Positions 1 to 9,640 of a DNA stretch of 28,450 nucleotides are shown here, one piece after another (within the stretch, counting starts at the first letter, position 1; each line of letters begins with the position of its first letter). The notes under the pieces are model-generated. The model made no database searches. It was not told where the DNA came from and saw only the letters and a list, made by a program, of their open reading frames with translations. The stretch spans positions 1 to 28,450 of IMG/VR virus record IMGVR_UViG_3300032330_002128. One strand, written 5' to 3'. A program made the translations under genes and the position numbers. The stretch comes from a virus (lineage: Duplodnaviria; Caudoviricetes).

Positions 1-335
1 AATATGTGCCATGCAATGATCCATATGCGCTTGATGGTTTGCGCGAAGGTTGGTGGCTTGTAAAAATTGGTGAGGGATTCAAGAGTATGCGGGCGTGTGT
101 TTTTCCTGCTAAAGCAGAACTACAGGCGGCAATCAAAGACAAAGAAGACAAGATTATTGACATCATTTGTGAATGCAGCGAAGCTCGCCCAAAAGAAGGT
201 ATTCCGCTGTCTGATCAAGCTCAGAAAGATTGGAAATGGTTTGTAGAAAGACACGGTAAAGAATTTAGTATGCTTTATTACCCATCTTTCCAAGAAAGCG
301 CAGAAAAGATTGTCAAAGCTTTAATCGAAAAATAA
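1..335 (+). CDS. hypothetical phage protein, probably 5'-truncated by the window edge
   Basis: Frame is open from the window start; stop TAA at 333-335; co-oriented with the downstream operon. Confidence 0.6.
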   Translation, partial: YVPCNDPYALDGLREGWWLVKIGEGFKSMRACVFPAKAELQAAIKDKEDKIIDIICECSEARPKEGIPLSDQAQKDWKWFVERHGKEFSMLYYPSFQESAEKIVKALIEK

Positions 336-356
336 AAAAAAAAAAAATATTTATAA

Positions 357-1001
357 ATGAAAATTGAATTACTTAAACATTTCGGAGACGATCTTACGAT
401 CTCTAACGTAGCAAGAGTCTCTTATGATAAAGAGTCAGAAACTATTTCGCCTAAAGATGAAAAACTTTTAAAATTTTTGGCAGATCATAAACACACAAGC
501 CCATTTCGTCACGCGCAACTACAGTTTAGAATTGAATGTCCAATTTTTGTAGAGCGTCAACTATTCACTCATCAAATTGGTTGGGCAAGAAATAGTATCA
601 GTGGTCGTTATGTAGATTTTTCTGATTCGTATTGGCTTCCTGAGCAACTCAGATTCCAATCTTCAAGTAGCAAGCAGGGCAGTGCGGGAGATATTCCACA
701 AGAGAAGAATGATTATTTTATGAGTCGCATAAACTCTGTAATTGATCACGCAAAAGAAGTCTATGACGAAATGGTCCAATTTGGCGTTGCTAAAGAGCAA
801 TGTCGAATGCATCTTCCGCTGTGTTTAGAAACAAAATTCATTTGGACAGGCAGTTTTCATGCTTTTATTCATTTGTGCCAACTTCGTTTAAAAGCTGATG
901 CTCAAAAAGAAACTCGCGATACTGTATTGATGATGCTTGATGCAGTTAAGAATTTGGAAAATTCACCATTTAAATATTCACTTGCAGCTTGGGGCTATTA
1001 A
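357..1001 (+). CDS. thyX: FAD-dependent thymidylate synthase ThyX
   Basis: N-terminal 'ARVSY', 'HTSPFRH', ThyX-motif variant 'RQLFTHQIGWARNSISGRY', 'GVAKEQCR', 'LRLKADAQKETR'. Confidence 0.95.
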   Translation: MKIELLKHFGDDLTISNVARVSYDKESETISPKDEKLLKFLADHKHTSPFRHAQLQFRIECPIFVERQLFTHQIGWARNSISGRYVDFSDSYWLPEQLRFQSSSSKQGSAGDIPQEKNDYFMSRINSVIDHAKEVYDEMVQFGVAKEQCRMHLPLCLETKFIWTGSFHAFIHLCQLRLKADAQKETRDTVLMMLDAVKNLENSPFKYSLAAWGY

Positions 1002-1041
1002 TTTTTGAGTAAAAGCGATTAGATTACGTGTAATATAAGTT

Positions 1042-1857
1042 ATGCACGTAATCTATAAAATAGTTAATAATATTGATGGCAAGCTATATATTGGTAAAAC
1101 AAATAATCCCACAAGAAGAAAACGCCGACACTTTTCTGAGTTGAGAACTGGAAAACATTCTAATTCTTATCTTCAAAGGGCATGGGACAAATACGGAGAA
1201 AAAAGCTTTGAGTTCATTCTTATTGAATCAGATGAAAGTCTAGATGAAATACTGCGAAAAGAAATATTTTGGATTACTTTTTATGGCTCTATTGATCCAG
1301 CAAAAGGATATAATTTGACCTCTGGAGGGGAAGACAATAAATTAAGCGAACTTTCTTTGAAAAAGTTAAGCGCTTCCTTAACTGGAAGAACTTTATCTCC
1401 AGAACATCGTTTAAAAATTGGAGAGGCCAATAAAGGCAAAATAGTTTCTTTAGATACTAGAGCTAAAATTACCAAGAAGTCAAAAGAAAGATACGAGCAG
1501 GGCTTAATGCCTTACCTCAAGCCCACGTTTTATTCTGGTGAAGATCATGGGATGTATGGAAAAACTCACACTTCAGAGGTAAAAAAACAATTAAGTTTGG
1601 CTCGATTAGGAAAAACCTACGAAGAAATTTTTGGAGCCCAAGTAGCAGCAAAAATTAAGCATACGAAAAGCGAAAACAGCAAGGGAATTAAAAATCCTTT
1701 TTATAAGGCTGTTGATATCGACTTAGTAAAAGAGAAGCTTGACAATGGGGAAAAAGTATGCGATATTTCTCGCGACTTAAAAGTTTCGAGACAGACAATC
1801 CTTAAGAAATTTAAGGAAAAATATTATCTTACCATTACAGAATATTTACAAAAATGA
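1042..1857 (+). CDS. GIY-YIG homing endonuclease with NUMOD3-like repeats (free-standing)
   Basis: 'VIYKIVNNIDGKLYIGKT', 'HSNSYLQRAWDKYG', 'GYNLTSGGE', NUMOD3-like 'HTSEVKKQLS' and 'SPEHRLKIGEANKG'; lies just after thyX. Confidence 0.9.
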   Translation: MHVIYKIVNNIDGKLYIGKTNNPTRRKRRHFSELRTGKHSNSYLQRAWDKYGEKSFEFILIESDESLDEILRKEIFWITFYGSIDPAKGYNLTSGGEDNKLSELSLKKLSASLTGRTLSPEHRLKIGEANKGKIVSLDTRAKITKKSKERYEQGLMPYLKPTFYSGEDHGMYGKTHTSEVKKQLSLARLGKTYEEIFGAQVAAKIKHTKSENSKGIKNPFYKAVDIDLVKEKLDNGEKVCDISRDLKVSRQTILKKFKEKYYLTITEYLQK

Positions 1858-2861
1858 AATTAGCTAGCATTGAACTCGTCCAAGAAATAAGTGAACACCC
1901 AAATGCAGATTCCCTAGAAATCGCTAAAGTCCTTGGTTATCAAGTAATTGTGGGAAAGGGGGAGTTTAAGGTTGGTAGTGCTGTTGTTTTTATTCAACCA
2001 GATACGCGCTTGCCTGATGAACCTTGGGCGGAAATGTTTCGCAAACGCTCTAATCGGGTCAAAAGTATCAAATTAAGGGGTTTTTGGAGTTTTGGCCTTG
2101 CTCTCAGTGTTTTTACTGTTTCTACTTCTCAGCATAGCGAACAGCTCAAGCGTTGGCTTATGCCTATCAATATTGGAAAGGATATTTCCTCAGAAATCGG
2201 TGTCACTAAATATGAACCCCCAGCTCCACAAGATCTATCTGCCGCTGGATACTTGCCTACTGGTTTGCCAAAAACTGACGAGGAAAGATTTCAGAACATC
2301 GAAGATCTACCATTTGGAGAAGAAGTCGATATCACTTTGAAAATTGACGGGCAAAGTGCAACATATGCTTGCAAAAAAATGAATGATGGCTCGTGGAGAA
2401 CCTATATCTGTTCCAGATCTCTTGAAATAAAACAAGACTCCAACAATAACTTCACTCGCATTAACCAAAAATACCAAATCCTTGAAAAGCTTTTGGAATA
2501 TTGTCAAAAATATGATGTGAGTCTCGCTTTGCGTGGAGAAATTTATGGACAAGGCATCCAAGCTCACCAGAATAACCCTCATTCAAAAGGACCAATTGAT
2601 TTCGCTTGTTTCAGTGTCTTCAACATGGACAAATTAGAATATGAAAATACTCAAGATGATCATTATTACTTGGCTGTGGCGGGAGTTCTTGGCATTCCTG
2701 TTGTTGATCAAATTGGTAAATTTACCCTCAGTCAAAAGATCATCTCGCGTTACTCCGAAGAAATCAAAGAACTGAATGGACGACTATTTGAGGGAGTAGT
2801 CATCAAACACGAAACTGGATCTTTCAAAATTATCAATTTGCATTACGACGAAAAAAAATGA
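1854..2861 (+). CDS. ATP-dependent RNA ligase, DRB0094/Rnl2-like with N-terminal OB domain
   Basis: N-terminus 'LASIELVQEISEHPNADSLE'; nucleotidyltransferase motifs KIDGQS (I), RGEIYG (III), EGVV (IV), FKII (V). Confidence 0.9.
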   Translation: MKLASIELVQEISEHPNADSLEIAKVLGYQVIVGKGEFKVGSAVVFIQPDTRLPDEPWAEMFRKRSNRVKSIKLRGFWSFGLALSVFTVSTSQHSEQLKRWLMPINIGKDISSEIGVTKYEPPAPQDLSAAGYLPTGLPKTDEERFQNIEDLPFGEEVDITLKIDGQSATYACKKMNDGSWRTYICSRSLEIKQDSNNNFTRINQKYQILEKLLEYCQKYDVSLALRGEIYGQGIQAHQNNPHSKGPIDFACFSVFNMDKLEYENTQDDHYYLAVAGVLGIPVVDQIGKFTLSQKIISRYSEEIKELNGRLFEGVVIKHETGSFKIINLHYDEKK

Positions 2862-3064
2862 ACAATTACGCAGATATTCTACTACCCGCCGACAAAGAAC
2901 CTTGGGATCATCCTCGCTATTGGGATCTCTACACAGGCATGACAGAAGGTCGGTTGGAGGTTTCCTGCCCGTGGTGGGCCAAAAATCATTGGGAAGCGAA
3001 AACCAGCGGCGAACTTTTTGAAGGATGCACTTATCGCCTTTATACTCACAAAAAAGATATTTAA
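2858..3064 (+). CDS. small Trp-rich hypothetical protein
   Basis: ATGA overlap with the ligase stop; fits operon packing. Confidence 0.6.
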   Translation: MNNYADILLPADKEPWDHPRYWDLYTGMTEGRLEVSCPWWAKNHWEAKTSGELFEGCTYRLYTHKKDI

Positions 3065-3066
3065 AA

Positions 3067-3459
3067 ATGAATACTAATCTCGCACAATTCTTGATGGATG
3101 GTTTAAGCGACCAGTGGCAGCGTGAACGCTCAGAATCTCAAATGACCCTTGGTAAGTTTATAGAGCGTTTAAAAGAACTTCGCCCAGAAATGTATATGCA
3201 GGGTCTTGAGAATCCACATAGCTATCGTGGCTATTACTGTGATTTAGCTTTCGAAAGAACCGATAAGATTACTTCTGTAAAAGAAGTGTTAGAATTATGT
3301 CAAAACGCCATGGGCGAAATCTTTCACGGTTGGAAAGGCGGCGAGTATGCCATGAATAAAAATACTCTGATCTGGGTATCAATTGAAGGATGCACGGGAT
3401 CAAAAATTATGTCAGTAACTGATGGTGGATTGATTGAAATATCAAAAGATCTCTATTAA
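3067..3459 (+). CDS. hypothetical phage protein
   Basis: ATG at 3067 directly after the upstream stop; phage-like motifs 'PHSYRGYYCDLAF' and 'FHGWKGGEY'. Confidence 0.75.
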   Translation: MNTNLAQFLMDGLSDQWQRERSESQMTLGKFIERLKELRPEMYMQGLENPHSYRGYYCDLAFERTDKITSVKEVLELCQNAMGEIFHGWKGGEYAMNKNTLIWVSIEGCTGSKIMSVTDGGLIEISKDLY

Positions 3460-3460
3460 C

Positions 3461-3910
3461 ATGAAAACTCCTCATCAAAAAATGCAAAAATATCAAAATA
3501 GTGGAGAAAATCTCCGCACTATAATCGCTGGGGGAAGGACCGTTTCTAATCCATCTTTTCTTGAGGCTGCAATAGCCTCCTGCGGCTGGACAATCTCAGA
3601 AGTGGTATGTGGTAAAGCTTCTGGAGCTGATACGCTAGGAGAGCTGTGGGGGCGCAAAAACAATGTGCCTGTGAAAGAGTTTCGCCCTGATTGGAATGAC
3701 TTATCTAATCCAGATGCTATTATTCGAACCAATAGATATGGTAAAAAATATGATGCCCGCGCTGGTATTCGCCGCAATCACGAAATGGGCGACTACGCAG
3801 AGGCGGCGATTTGTTTGTGGGACGGCAAAAGTGTCGGCACCAAAGATATGATCGACTACGCAACTAAAAAGGGTTTAAAAGTATTGGTATTTCGTATTGA
3901 CAAGTTGTGA
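3461..3910 (+). CDS. SLOG-superfamily protein (DUF2493/YspA-like)
   Basis: 'RTIIAGGR', 'VVCGKASGADTLGELW', 'AGIRRNHEM', 'WDGKSVGTKDMI'. Confidence 0.85.
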   Translation: MKTPHQKMQKYQNSGENLRTIIAGGRTVSNPSFLEAAIASCGWTISEVVCGKASGADTLGELWGRKNNVPVKEFRPDWNDLSNPDAIIRTNRYGKKYDARAGIRRNHEMGDYAEAAICLWDGKSVGTKDMIDYATKKGLKVLVFRIDKL

Positions 3911-3924
3911 ATTTTGGGTAAAGT
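3897..3924 (+). promoter_or_regulatory. sigma70-type promoter giving a leaderless transcript
   Basis: TTGACA-16 bp-TAAAGT, 6 nt before ATG 3931. Confidence 0.6.
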
Positions 3925-3930
3925 CGGGGC

Positions 3931-4260
3931 ATGAACTTCCTCGTCCTTAGCCTCTGCGACAACGATTACGGTTACAATCTTCTCAAAGCTATCGAGTATG
4001 CCAAAGAGCAATCTCTTTATGATTATGCAGGAGAAGATGTTCAATGGTGGAAAGAATATGTCATCAGGTTTGTGGAAATGTCCAAACTCTTGACTCATCC
4101 GCCAAGCTGGGATCAGTCATCGTCTCGCTCTTACCTTGAAGAAAGAATGAGCGTTTACTTTTCGCAAAAGTGGCCAACTCATGATGGTGTGACACCTATT
4201 GATCACGGTGGAGGTTCACTGGTTTTTGACCTTAATACACAAATCATTTCTCTTGTTTAA
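3931..4260 (+). CDS. hypothetical protein
   Basis: 109-aa ORF with its own promoter. Confidence 0.7.
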   Translation: MNFLVLSLCDNDYGYNLLKAIEYAKEQSLYDYAGEDVQWWKEYVIRFVEMSKLLTHPPSWDQSSSRSYLEERMSVYFSQKWPTHDGVTPIDHGGGSLVFDLNTQIISLV

Positions 4261-4261
4261 T

Positions 4262-4621
4262 ATGACCTCTGCAAACGTTACAAATTATACCATTAAAAAA
4301 GACGGCGAAATTGTTGGCGAACATAGTCAACATCACATGTGTCATCCTAAGTGGCATCGTCTTTACAAGTTCATCCCATTCACCCAACACACAATCCAAT
4401 CTCATTGGTTAGATGAAGAGGAAGAATATCATGAAGGAAAAGAGATGGGGCTTTCTGAATTTATTGCCAATCATCAGCCGCGCATCGCAGATATGCGCCG
4501 AATGACCGATCATATCGAAAAGCAAAACGCTATTTTAAAAGAATGGGTTGAAAAATTCGGTGATCAAGACCAAAAATTAAAGTTGACAACTCTTAATTCC
4601 ATCTCATACTCTCCACTATGA
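4262..4621 (+). CDS. hypothetical protein
   Basis: ATG 1 nt after the upstream stop; ATGA overlap with uvsE. Confidence 0.65.
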   Translation: MTSANVTNYTIKKDGEIVGEHSQHHMCHPKWHRLYKFIPFTQHTIQSHWLDEEEEYHEGKEMGLSEFIANHQPRIADMRRMTDHIEKQNAILKEWVEKFGDQDQKLKLTTLNSISYSPL

Positions 4622-5523
4622 ATATCGGCCTAGTCTGCATCAGCGAAATCCTCAAAGACGATCATAAACAAAACGCCTTTCAAACTATGACTCGCGCCCG
4701 TTTCAACACGTTGTCTCGGGCAGATGCAATTGCTCAATTATCAAGTAGAATTCTTCACAATGCTAATCTTTGCGTCAAAATTATTCAACACTGTTCTCGC
4801 ATTGGTATTCGACACTATCGTATTTCAAGCAATCTGTTCCCTCTTATTACAGACTCAACATTAGGTTTGTGCTATTCTGACTTGCCTGATTGGGACAAAA
4901 TTCAAAAGACGCTTCAACAAGCTGGTGATGTTGCTCGACGTTTAGGAATTACGCTGTCATCGCATCCTGATCAATTCAATGTGCTGTCGTCATTCAATGA
5001 AAACACTGTAGCCAAAACAGTATTGGAACTGAATCATCAGTCTCGCGTTCTTGACTTGTTTGGTTGTGCGCAAGATTACTCTGCGCCAATGTGTCTTCAT
5101 CTCAACCTATCATTCGATAGCAACAAAGAAAGTATGTTCGATTATGTTTCTCGTTTTCTGAAAGGATTTAATCAGTGCGATGTTGGAGTTCGCCAACGCC
5201 TAGTTCTTGAGAATGAGCACGGTGGATATTGGAATTGTAAAAATCTTTTTGAGTGTTTCGGTGATCAATTCCCTTTGGTATTTGACAATCTTCACGATGC
5301 CGTCAATCCCTCTTCTTTTTGTCATTTTCAATTGTTTAAAAATACTTGGGGCAGCTTTACGCCAGTTATGCATTGGAGCGAGGGTCTTTCCGACAAACCA
5401 CGTAGTCATGCTGAGTTTGCTTCTCACATTCCAATCGTTGTAAAAAATAACGCTGATTGCATATGGGAGTTTGAACTCAAGTCCAAAGACAAAGGCATCA
5501 TAAAAATCTTAAATCAATCATGA
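4618..5523 (+). CDS. uvsE: UV-damage endonuclease (UvsE/UvdE family)
   Basis: 'IGLVCIS', 'YRISSNLFP', 'LSSHPDQFNVLSS', 'RLVLENE', 'LVFDNLHD', 'PVMHWSE', 'RSHAEF', 'EFELKSKD'. Confidence 0.92.
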   Translation: MNIGLVCISEILKDDHKQNAFQTMTRARFNTLSRADAIAQLSSRILHNANLCVKIIQHCSRIGIRHYRISSNLFPLITDSTLGLCYSDLPDWDKIQKTLQQAGDVARRLGITLSSHPDQFNVLSSFNENTVAKTVLELNHQSRVLDLFGCAQDYSAPMCLHLNLSFDSNKESMFDYVSRFLKGFNQCDVGVRQRLVLENEHGGYWNCKNLFECFGDQFPLVFDNLHDAVNPSSFCHFQLFKNTWGSFTPVMHWSEGLSDKPRSHAEFASHIPIVVKNNADCIWEFELKSKDKGIIKILNQS

Positions 5524-5849
5524 ATATTGGAGTTCACGCTACACACTGTTGCCACAAACACGGCTGCAAATACGGAGATGAAGATTGCCCTGTTGTTTCT
5601 GGGCAAGTAGAAGGAATTATTTGCGAAGATTGTGAATTCGATCTGGAGTATAACCAAGACACAGTTCGTCTTGACTTTTTTGAACAAAACGAGTCATGGT
5701 TTCATTATTCTAACCATCCTTCAATGTGTGGCAGATATCCTTGTTGGATTGTATGGACGCCAAAATATGGAAGAACCGAAAGAAAAACTCTTCGAGAAGC
5801 TATTGACGCTGCGATGGAAAAGATTGGCAAGACCTCAGATCTTTCATAA
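5520..5849 (+). CDS. Cys/His-rich hypothetical protein
   Basis: 'HATHCCHKHGCKYGDEDCPV...CEDC'; ATGA overlap with uvsE. Confidence 0.7.
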   Translation: MNIGVHATHCCHKHGCKYGDEDCPVVSGQVEGIICEDCEFDLEYNQDTVRLDFFEQNESWFHYSNHPSMCGRYPCWIVWTPKYGRTERKTLREAIDAAMEKIGKTSDLS

Positions 5850-5903
5850 TATCATAGCATGTTTGATTGCAGATAGTCTTGGATCAAAAGTGAAAGAATA
5901 AAT

Positions 5904-6152
5904 ATGAAATTACCTACAGTCACAGTTTCTGTTTTCAGCCGCAATCCTGAATGGATTGTAAATAGCAACTTGCCATACGATCAACGAATGGAGGGTTTTT
6001 ACATTAATCACACTACACAAGCTGAAGTATTAACTATTCATTTCCAAAAATGCAAAATGAGAATAAGATACAAAGACGCATGTGGTCAGACCCAAATTGA
6101 CGACATAGATGCTAAAGCATTTTTTATGAAATATAATATTACAGAACAATGA
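5904..6152 (+). CDS. hypothetical protein
   Basis: 82-aa ORF; ATGA overlap with the next gene. Confidence 0.6.
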   Translation: MKLPTVTVSVFSRNPEWIVNSNLPYDQRMEGFYINHTTQAEVLTIHFQKCKMRIRYKDACGQTQIDDIDAKAFFMKYNITEQ

Positions 6153-6982
6153 AAAATTTTAACAAAGATATCTTTCAAGGCGAATGGGATGGAATGGTTC
6201 ATTGCGCCAACCTTTATAAAACTATGGGGGCAGGAATAGCAAGAATTGTTAAAGCTAAATATCCAGAGGCGTATGAAGCTGATTGTGAAACTATTCTTGG
6301 AACTCCGAATAAATTAGGCACATTTTCGCATGCTCGTATTGAAATTGAAAAACCTATCGACATTTTCAATCTTTACGGGCAGATGGGCATGGGAAATGAC
6401 GGGCATCCGATGAACAGAAATGCTCGATATGATGCTGTTTATGATGGTATTTATCGAATTTGCGAATTTATTATTGCATCGAAACCAAAGTCTGATTATA
6501 TTTTGGCATTCCCACATAAAATTGCGAGTGATCGCGCAGGAGGTGATTGGATAGTAATAGAAGCGATCCTCGAAAGTGTCGAAAGTTACTTTCCCAACAT
6601 TCAATTCCACATTTATAAACATATGAAACCAATCATCCATGCTAAAATATCTGCCAAGAAGTTTGGTGGTGTTGAGTCTGACTTAATTATGAAAAAAATC
6701 AAATCATACTACCTGTTAAGACTTGATCTTGATGGCACTCTTGATGAAGCCATCGAAATGCTTAACAGTTATAAAGAGCGGTATTCTGATTATACAAATC
6801 TTAGAATTGTAGAAGATTGTGTATATGAAGGTGGATATTTTTACGATCTGCATGGTGATCGACTTGAAACTGATCAAGAAGAAACTAATCGCATCAATGC
6901 AGAAAAAATTCAAAGTGAACGTCAATTGGAATACGAACGTAAACAATACGAAGCACTAAAAGCAAAGTTTGAGAATAACTGA
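6149..6982 (+). CDS. macro-domain (ADP-ribose-binding/hydrolase) protein, apparently fused in frame to two further gene pieces
   Basis: 'DIFQG', 'VHCANLYKTMGAGIARIVKAKYPEAYEAD', 'IFNLYGQ', 'AFPHKIASDRAGGDW'; internal ATGs at 6623 and 6689 begin unrelated-looking segments. Confidence 0.8.
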   Translation: MKNFNKDIFQGEWDGMVHCANLYKTMGAGIARIVKAKYPEAYEADCETILGTPNKLGTFSHARIEIEKPIDIFNLYGQMGMGNDGHPMNRNARYDAVYDGIYRICEFIIASKPKSDYILAFPHKIASDRAGGDWIVIEAILESVESYFPNIQFHIYKHMKPIIHAKISAKKFGGVESDLIMKKIKSYYLLRLDLDGTLDEAIEMLNSYKERYSDYTNLRIVEDCVYEGGYFYDLHGDRLETDQEETNRINAEKIQSERQLEYERKQYEALKAKFENN

Positions 6983-6997
6983 TAAAACACAATACAT

Positions 6998-7249
6998 ATG
7001 AAAAAACTAATTACACTTTTTGTAACCGCAGCACTATTTGTTAGCTGCACCAGCGCGGAACGTTCTAAAATTACAGGCTATGGTGGAAATTTTAAAGTGG
7101 AAATGTATTCTGGTGGGCAAAAAGTTCGCGAGTGGATTTCCAATGGCAAAGTTCTTTCCGAACAAGCTTCTGACGGATATTATTTTACTGATTCTCAAAC
7201 TGGCAATCTGATTGAAATTGCTGGCGATGTGGTGATCACAAAACTGTAA
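6998..7249 (+). CDS. predicted lipoprotein
   Basis: Signal peptide MKKLITLFVTAALFVS followed by a lipobox Cys. Confidence 0.75.
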   Translation: MKKLITLFVTAALFVSCTSAERSKITGYGGNFKVEMYSGGQKVREWISNGKVLSEQASDGYYFTDSQTGNLIEIAGDVVITKL

Positions 7250-7320
7250 GAAAAATCTTTACTTCTGATCAGAACACTGGTAATATTTGTGGACTGTTAA
7301 ACATAAAAAATACTAATAAT

Positions 7321-7491
7321 ATGCAATCATTCATAATTTATAGTAATCTAATTGTAGGATCATTCCTTATTTTTGCTGCATTAATTCTCAGAACCGAAAA
7401 CCTGCGCAGTTCAATTATGTTTAAAGTTATTCCGTTCATGGGCGGCGCATCTTTGGTCTTTTCTGGGCTCAAGCTTCTCAACATCATCTAA
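7321..7491 (+). CDS. 56-aa membrane protein (two hydrophobic segments), not in ORF track
   Basis: MQSFIIYSNLIVGSFLIFAALILRTENLRSSIMFKVIPFMGGASLVFSGLKLLNII*; fills an intergenic gap. Confidence 0.65.
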   Translation: MQSFIIYSNLIVGSFLIFAALILRTENLRSSIMFKVIPFMGGASLVFSGLKLLNII

Positions 7492-7501
7492 TTACAATAA
7501 T

Positions 7502-7876
7502 ATGAAAAAGACATCAACACTATCACGACTATTTAAATTCCTTTGGCTTTCTGCTGAAAAACCAAACCAAGCATGGGACAATATGCTTAACCTTTTGATG
7601 GATAAAGGCGAAGTCACTAATATAACACAATGCAAAATTACATTTAATGATAAGTATCAGGTATGGATCGAGAATCATCCATATGCTTCGGGATCTATCA
7701 GTAAATATTGTTTCGATGAAATGACTAAAGAAGATCTCACACACTCATTACCTGCCCACTATCATTGCACGAAGAAAACCAAAATCAGATTGGAAGACTT
7801 TTTTTACAATCTAAAGGTTTATACTGATGGTAGCGATATTATCGCCAAACACGCAGGTCAAATTCAAAAGCGTTAA
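7502..7876 (+). CDS. hypothetical protein
   Basis: 124-aa ORF in the operon. Confidence 0.7.
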   Translation: MKKTSTLSRLFKFLWLSAEKPNQAWDNMLNLLMDKGEVTNITQCKITFNDKYQVWIENHPYASGSISKYCFDEMTKEDLTHSLPAHYHCTKKTKIRLEDFFYNLKVYTDGSDIIAKHAGQIQKR

Positions 7877-7889
7877 TAACCAATTGATA

Positions 7890-8201
7890 ATGATTAAAAA
7901 TATCACAATCCAAGAGCTTAAAACAGATTATTCTGTACGCAATGGTTTCGTATTTCTTGGGGGCAGCAACTGTAATTCCTCTTTGTGCGAAAAAGTTGCG
8001 GCGAATATACAATCTCGCGGCTATTGCGACACCATGCCAGAATTCATTGGCGAATTAAACAATCAATTATTTGTTTTTGTCTATCCAGAAGGATCATCTT
8101 TCAAAACTCCAGAGTTTCTACAATTTTGCAGCCATTGGTCAGCAATCACACAAGGATTCAAAGTTGATGCTTTGTCTGCTTGGTTAAAAGAACAAAATTA
8201 A
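7890..8201 (+). CDS. hypothetical protein
   Basis: ATG 7890 (MIKNITI) avoids overlap with the upstream gene. Confidence 0.7.
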   Translation: MIKNITIQELKTDYSVRNGFVFLGGSNCNSSLCEKVAANIQSRGYCDTMPEFIGELNNQLFVFVYPEGSSFKTPEFLQFCSHWSAITQGFKVDALSAWLKEQN

Positions 8202-8205
8202 AAAC

Positions 8206-8361
8206 ATGAGAACAGCAATCGAATACCTAAAAATAACACTCGAAATACTAAAAACAAACGAACCCATCAATCGAGCAGAAGGAAACATCACTCAAGCTGA
8301 TATGGAAGCGCATGATATTACAGAACTGCAAAGAGTCATTGAATATTTGGAAAATCTTTAA
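8206..8361 (+). CDS. 51-aa hypothetical protein, not in ORF track
   Basis: MRTAIEYLKITLEILKTNEPINRAEGNITQADMEAHDITELQRVIEYLENL*; tight packing. Confidence 0.65.
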   Translation: MRTAIEYLKITLEILKTNEPINRAEGNITQADMEAHDITELQRVIEYLENL

Positions 8362-8375
8362 TTCAGAAAATTTAA

Positions 8376-8404
8376 TTGACACTCACCGTAATACCTTCTA
8401 ATAT
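8376..8404 (+). promoter_or_regulatory. sigma70-type promoter
   Basis: TTGACA-17 bp-TAATAT upstream of ATG 8417. Confidence 0.65.
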
Positions 8405-8416
8405 AAATACAACTAA

Positions 8417-8977
8417 ATGAACAACAACATGCAAATCGGAGACATTGTAAACTGTGTAAATGCTAAAGATTCAGAATTCCTACGGAATTATAATACTTAT
8501 CAATTGATTGATAAAAATAATTTTGGCAATTGGCGCGTCCAAGAAATGCAAACTGGCGCAAATTCTACGCATTATTATAAAGCGGATCGTTTTGAGGCAA
8601 TCGCTAAGAAAAAATTTGGACGCCCTGTAATTGATCTTGCTAAAGAGTATGTGACTTCTTCAGGTAAAGAGGTGGTCTTGTATAACTGGAGCGATGACAA
8701 GAATTACCCCGTCATTGGCGCGGTTTGTGAAGATGATGGGGATTTTTACAATGAGACTTGGGACGTTTTGGGTCACGCATGTCATGATCGCGACAATGAT
8801 CTTATGTTGAAACCAGAGCCTTCTACTTTTTCACATGGAGTTCATGAAGTTATTGTTTACAATGATCTATCTGTACTTGTAAAAAATACTTACAATAAGC
8901 AATCAATGGCATTTGATGATGATTTCATGGAAATGCTGATTAAAACTTTTCAAGCTAAGAAAGCGATTCTTTTATGA
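8417..8977 (+). CDS. hypothetical protein
   Basis: 186-aa ORF with its own promoter. Confidence 0.75.
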   Translation: MNNNMQIGDIVNCVNAKDSEFLRNYNTYQLIDKNNFGNWRVQEMQTGANSTHYYKADRFEAIAKKKFGRPVIDLAKEYVTSSGKEVVLYNWSDDKNYPVIGAVCEDDGDFYNETWDVLGHACHDRDNDLMLKPEPSTFSHGVHEVIVYNDLSVLVKNTYNKQSMAFDDDFMEMLIKTFQAKKAILL

Positions 8978-9020
8978 AAATGCGTCCTTGCTATGACGTT
9001 AAACTGGCAATTTTTTTATT

Positions 9021-9353
9021 ATGAACGATACAAATCAAGAAGAATGGCGCGATATCGAAGGTTATGAAGGTTTATATAAAGTTTCTTCATGGGGCAGAAT
9101 TTCGGGCAGAAAAGGACAAATCATGTCTTTTTATAGTCGGACAAGCAAAGGTCACACAGCCCTCAGAATCAAATTAATGAATGAGACTAGACGAGCATTT
9201 TTTGTGCATCGTTTGGTAGCAGAAGCCTTTTTGCACAATCCTTGTGGTAAACCTCAAGTGGATCATATCAATAAAAACTCATTAGATAATCGTGTTCCAA
9301 ATTTGCGCTGGGTGACACAAAAAGAGAACATGCAGAACCGCAAAAATAAATAA
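9021..9353 (+). CDS. NUMOD4-HNH homing endonuclease
   Basis: 'EEWRDIEGYEGLYKVSSWGRI' (NUMOD4); 'VHRLVAEAF...VDHINKNSLDNRVPNLRWVTQKEN' (HNH). Confidence 0.92.
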   Translation: MNDTNQEEWRDIEGYEGLYKVSSWGRISGRKGQIMSFYSRTSKGHTALRIKLMNETRRAFFVHRLVAEAFLHNPCGKPQVDHINKNSLDNRVPNLRWVTQKENMQNRKNK

Positions 9354-9640
9354 AGACAAATAAGGGTAAAATCCTCCATATTTGGCGCGATTGGTAATTT
9401 CAAACGTTGTTCAAAGAGTTTGGGGCCAGAATCTTAAATTTGTGATTTATAAATACCGTTTGGTATAAACTAAAAGGTTGTTTGTGTGACATACTGACAC
9501 GGTTGTTTGGATATATGAGACAAGATGACACAGTGGAATAGAATGTGCCTTTTTATTAGGATAAAATTACGAATTAATGGTCATTAAATATGGCTAAATA
9601 AGGCTAAATTGGTTACGAATTTTCTCACACCAAATACGCT

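Noticed and set aside
334-347. 14-nt poly-A run before thyX
   Set aside because: Intergenic homopolymer, possibly inflated by sequencing; no evidence of function.
1002-1857. Group I intron hosting the GIY-YIG gene
   Set aside because: thyX and the RNA ligase both look complete, and there is no room for intron core structure around the ORF.
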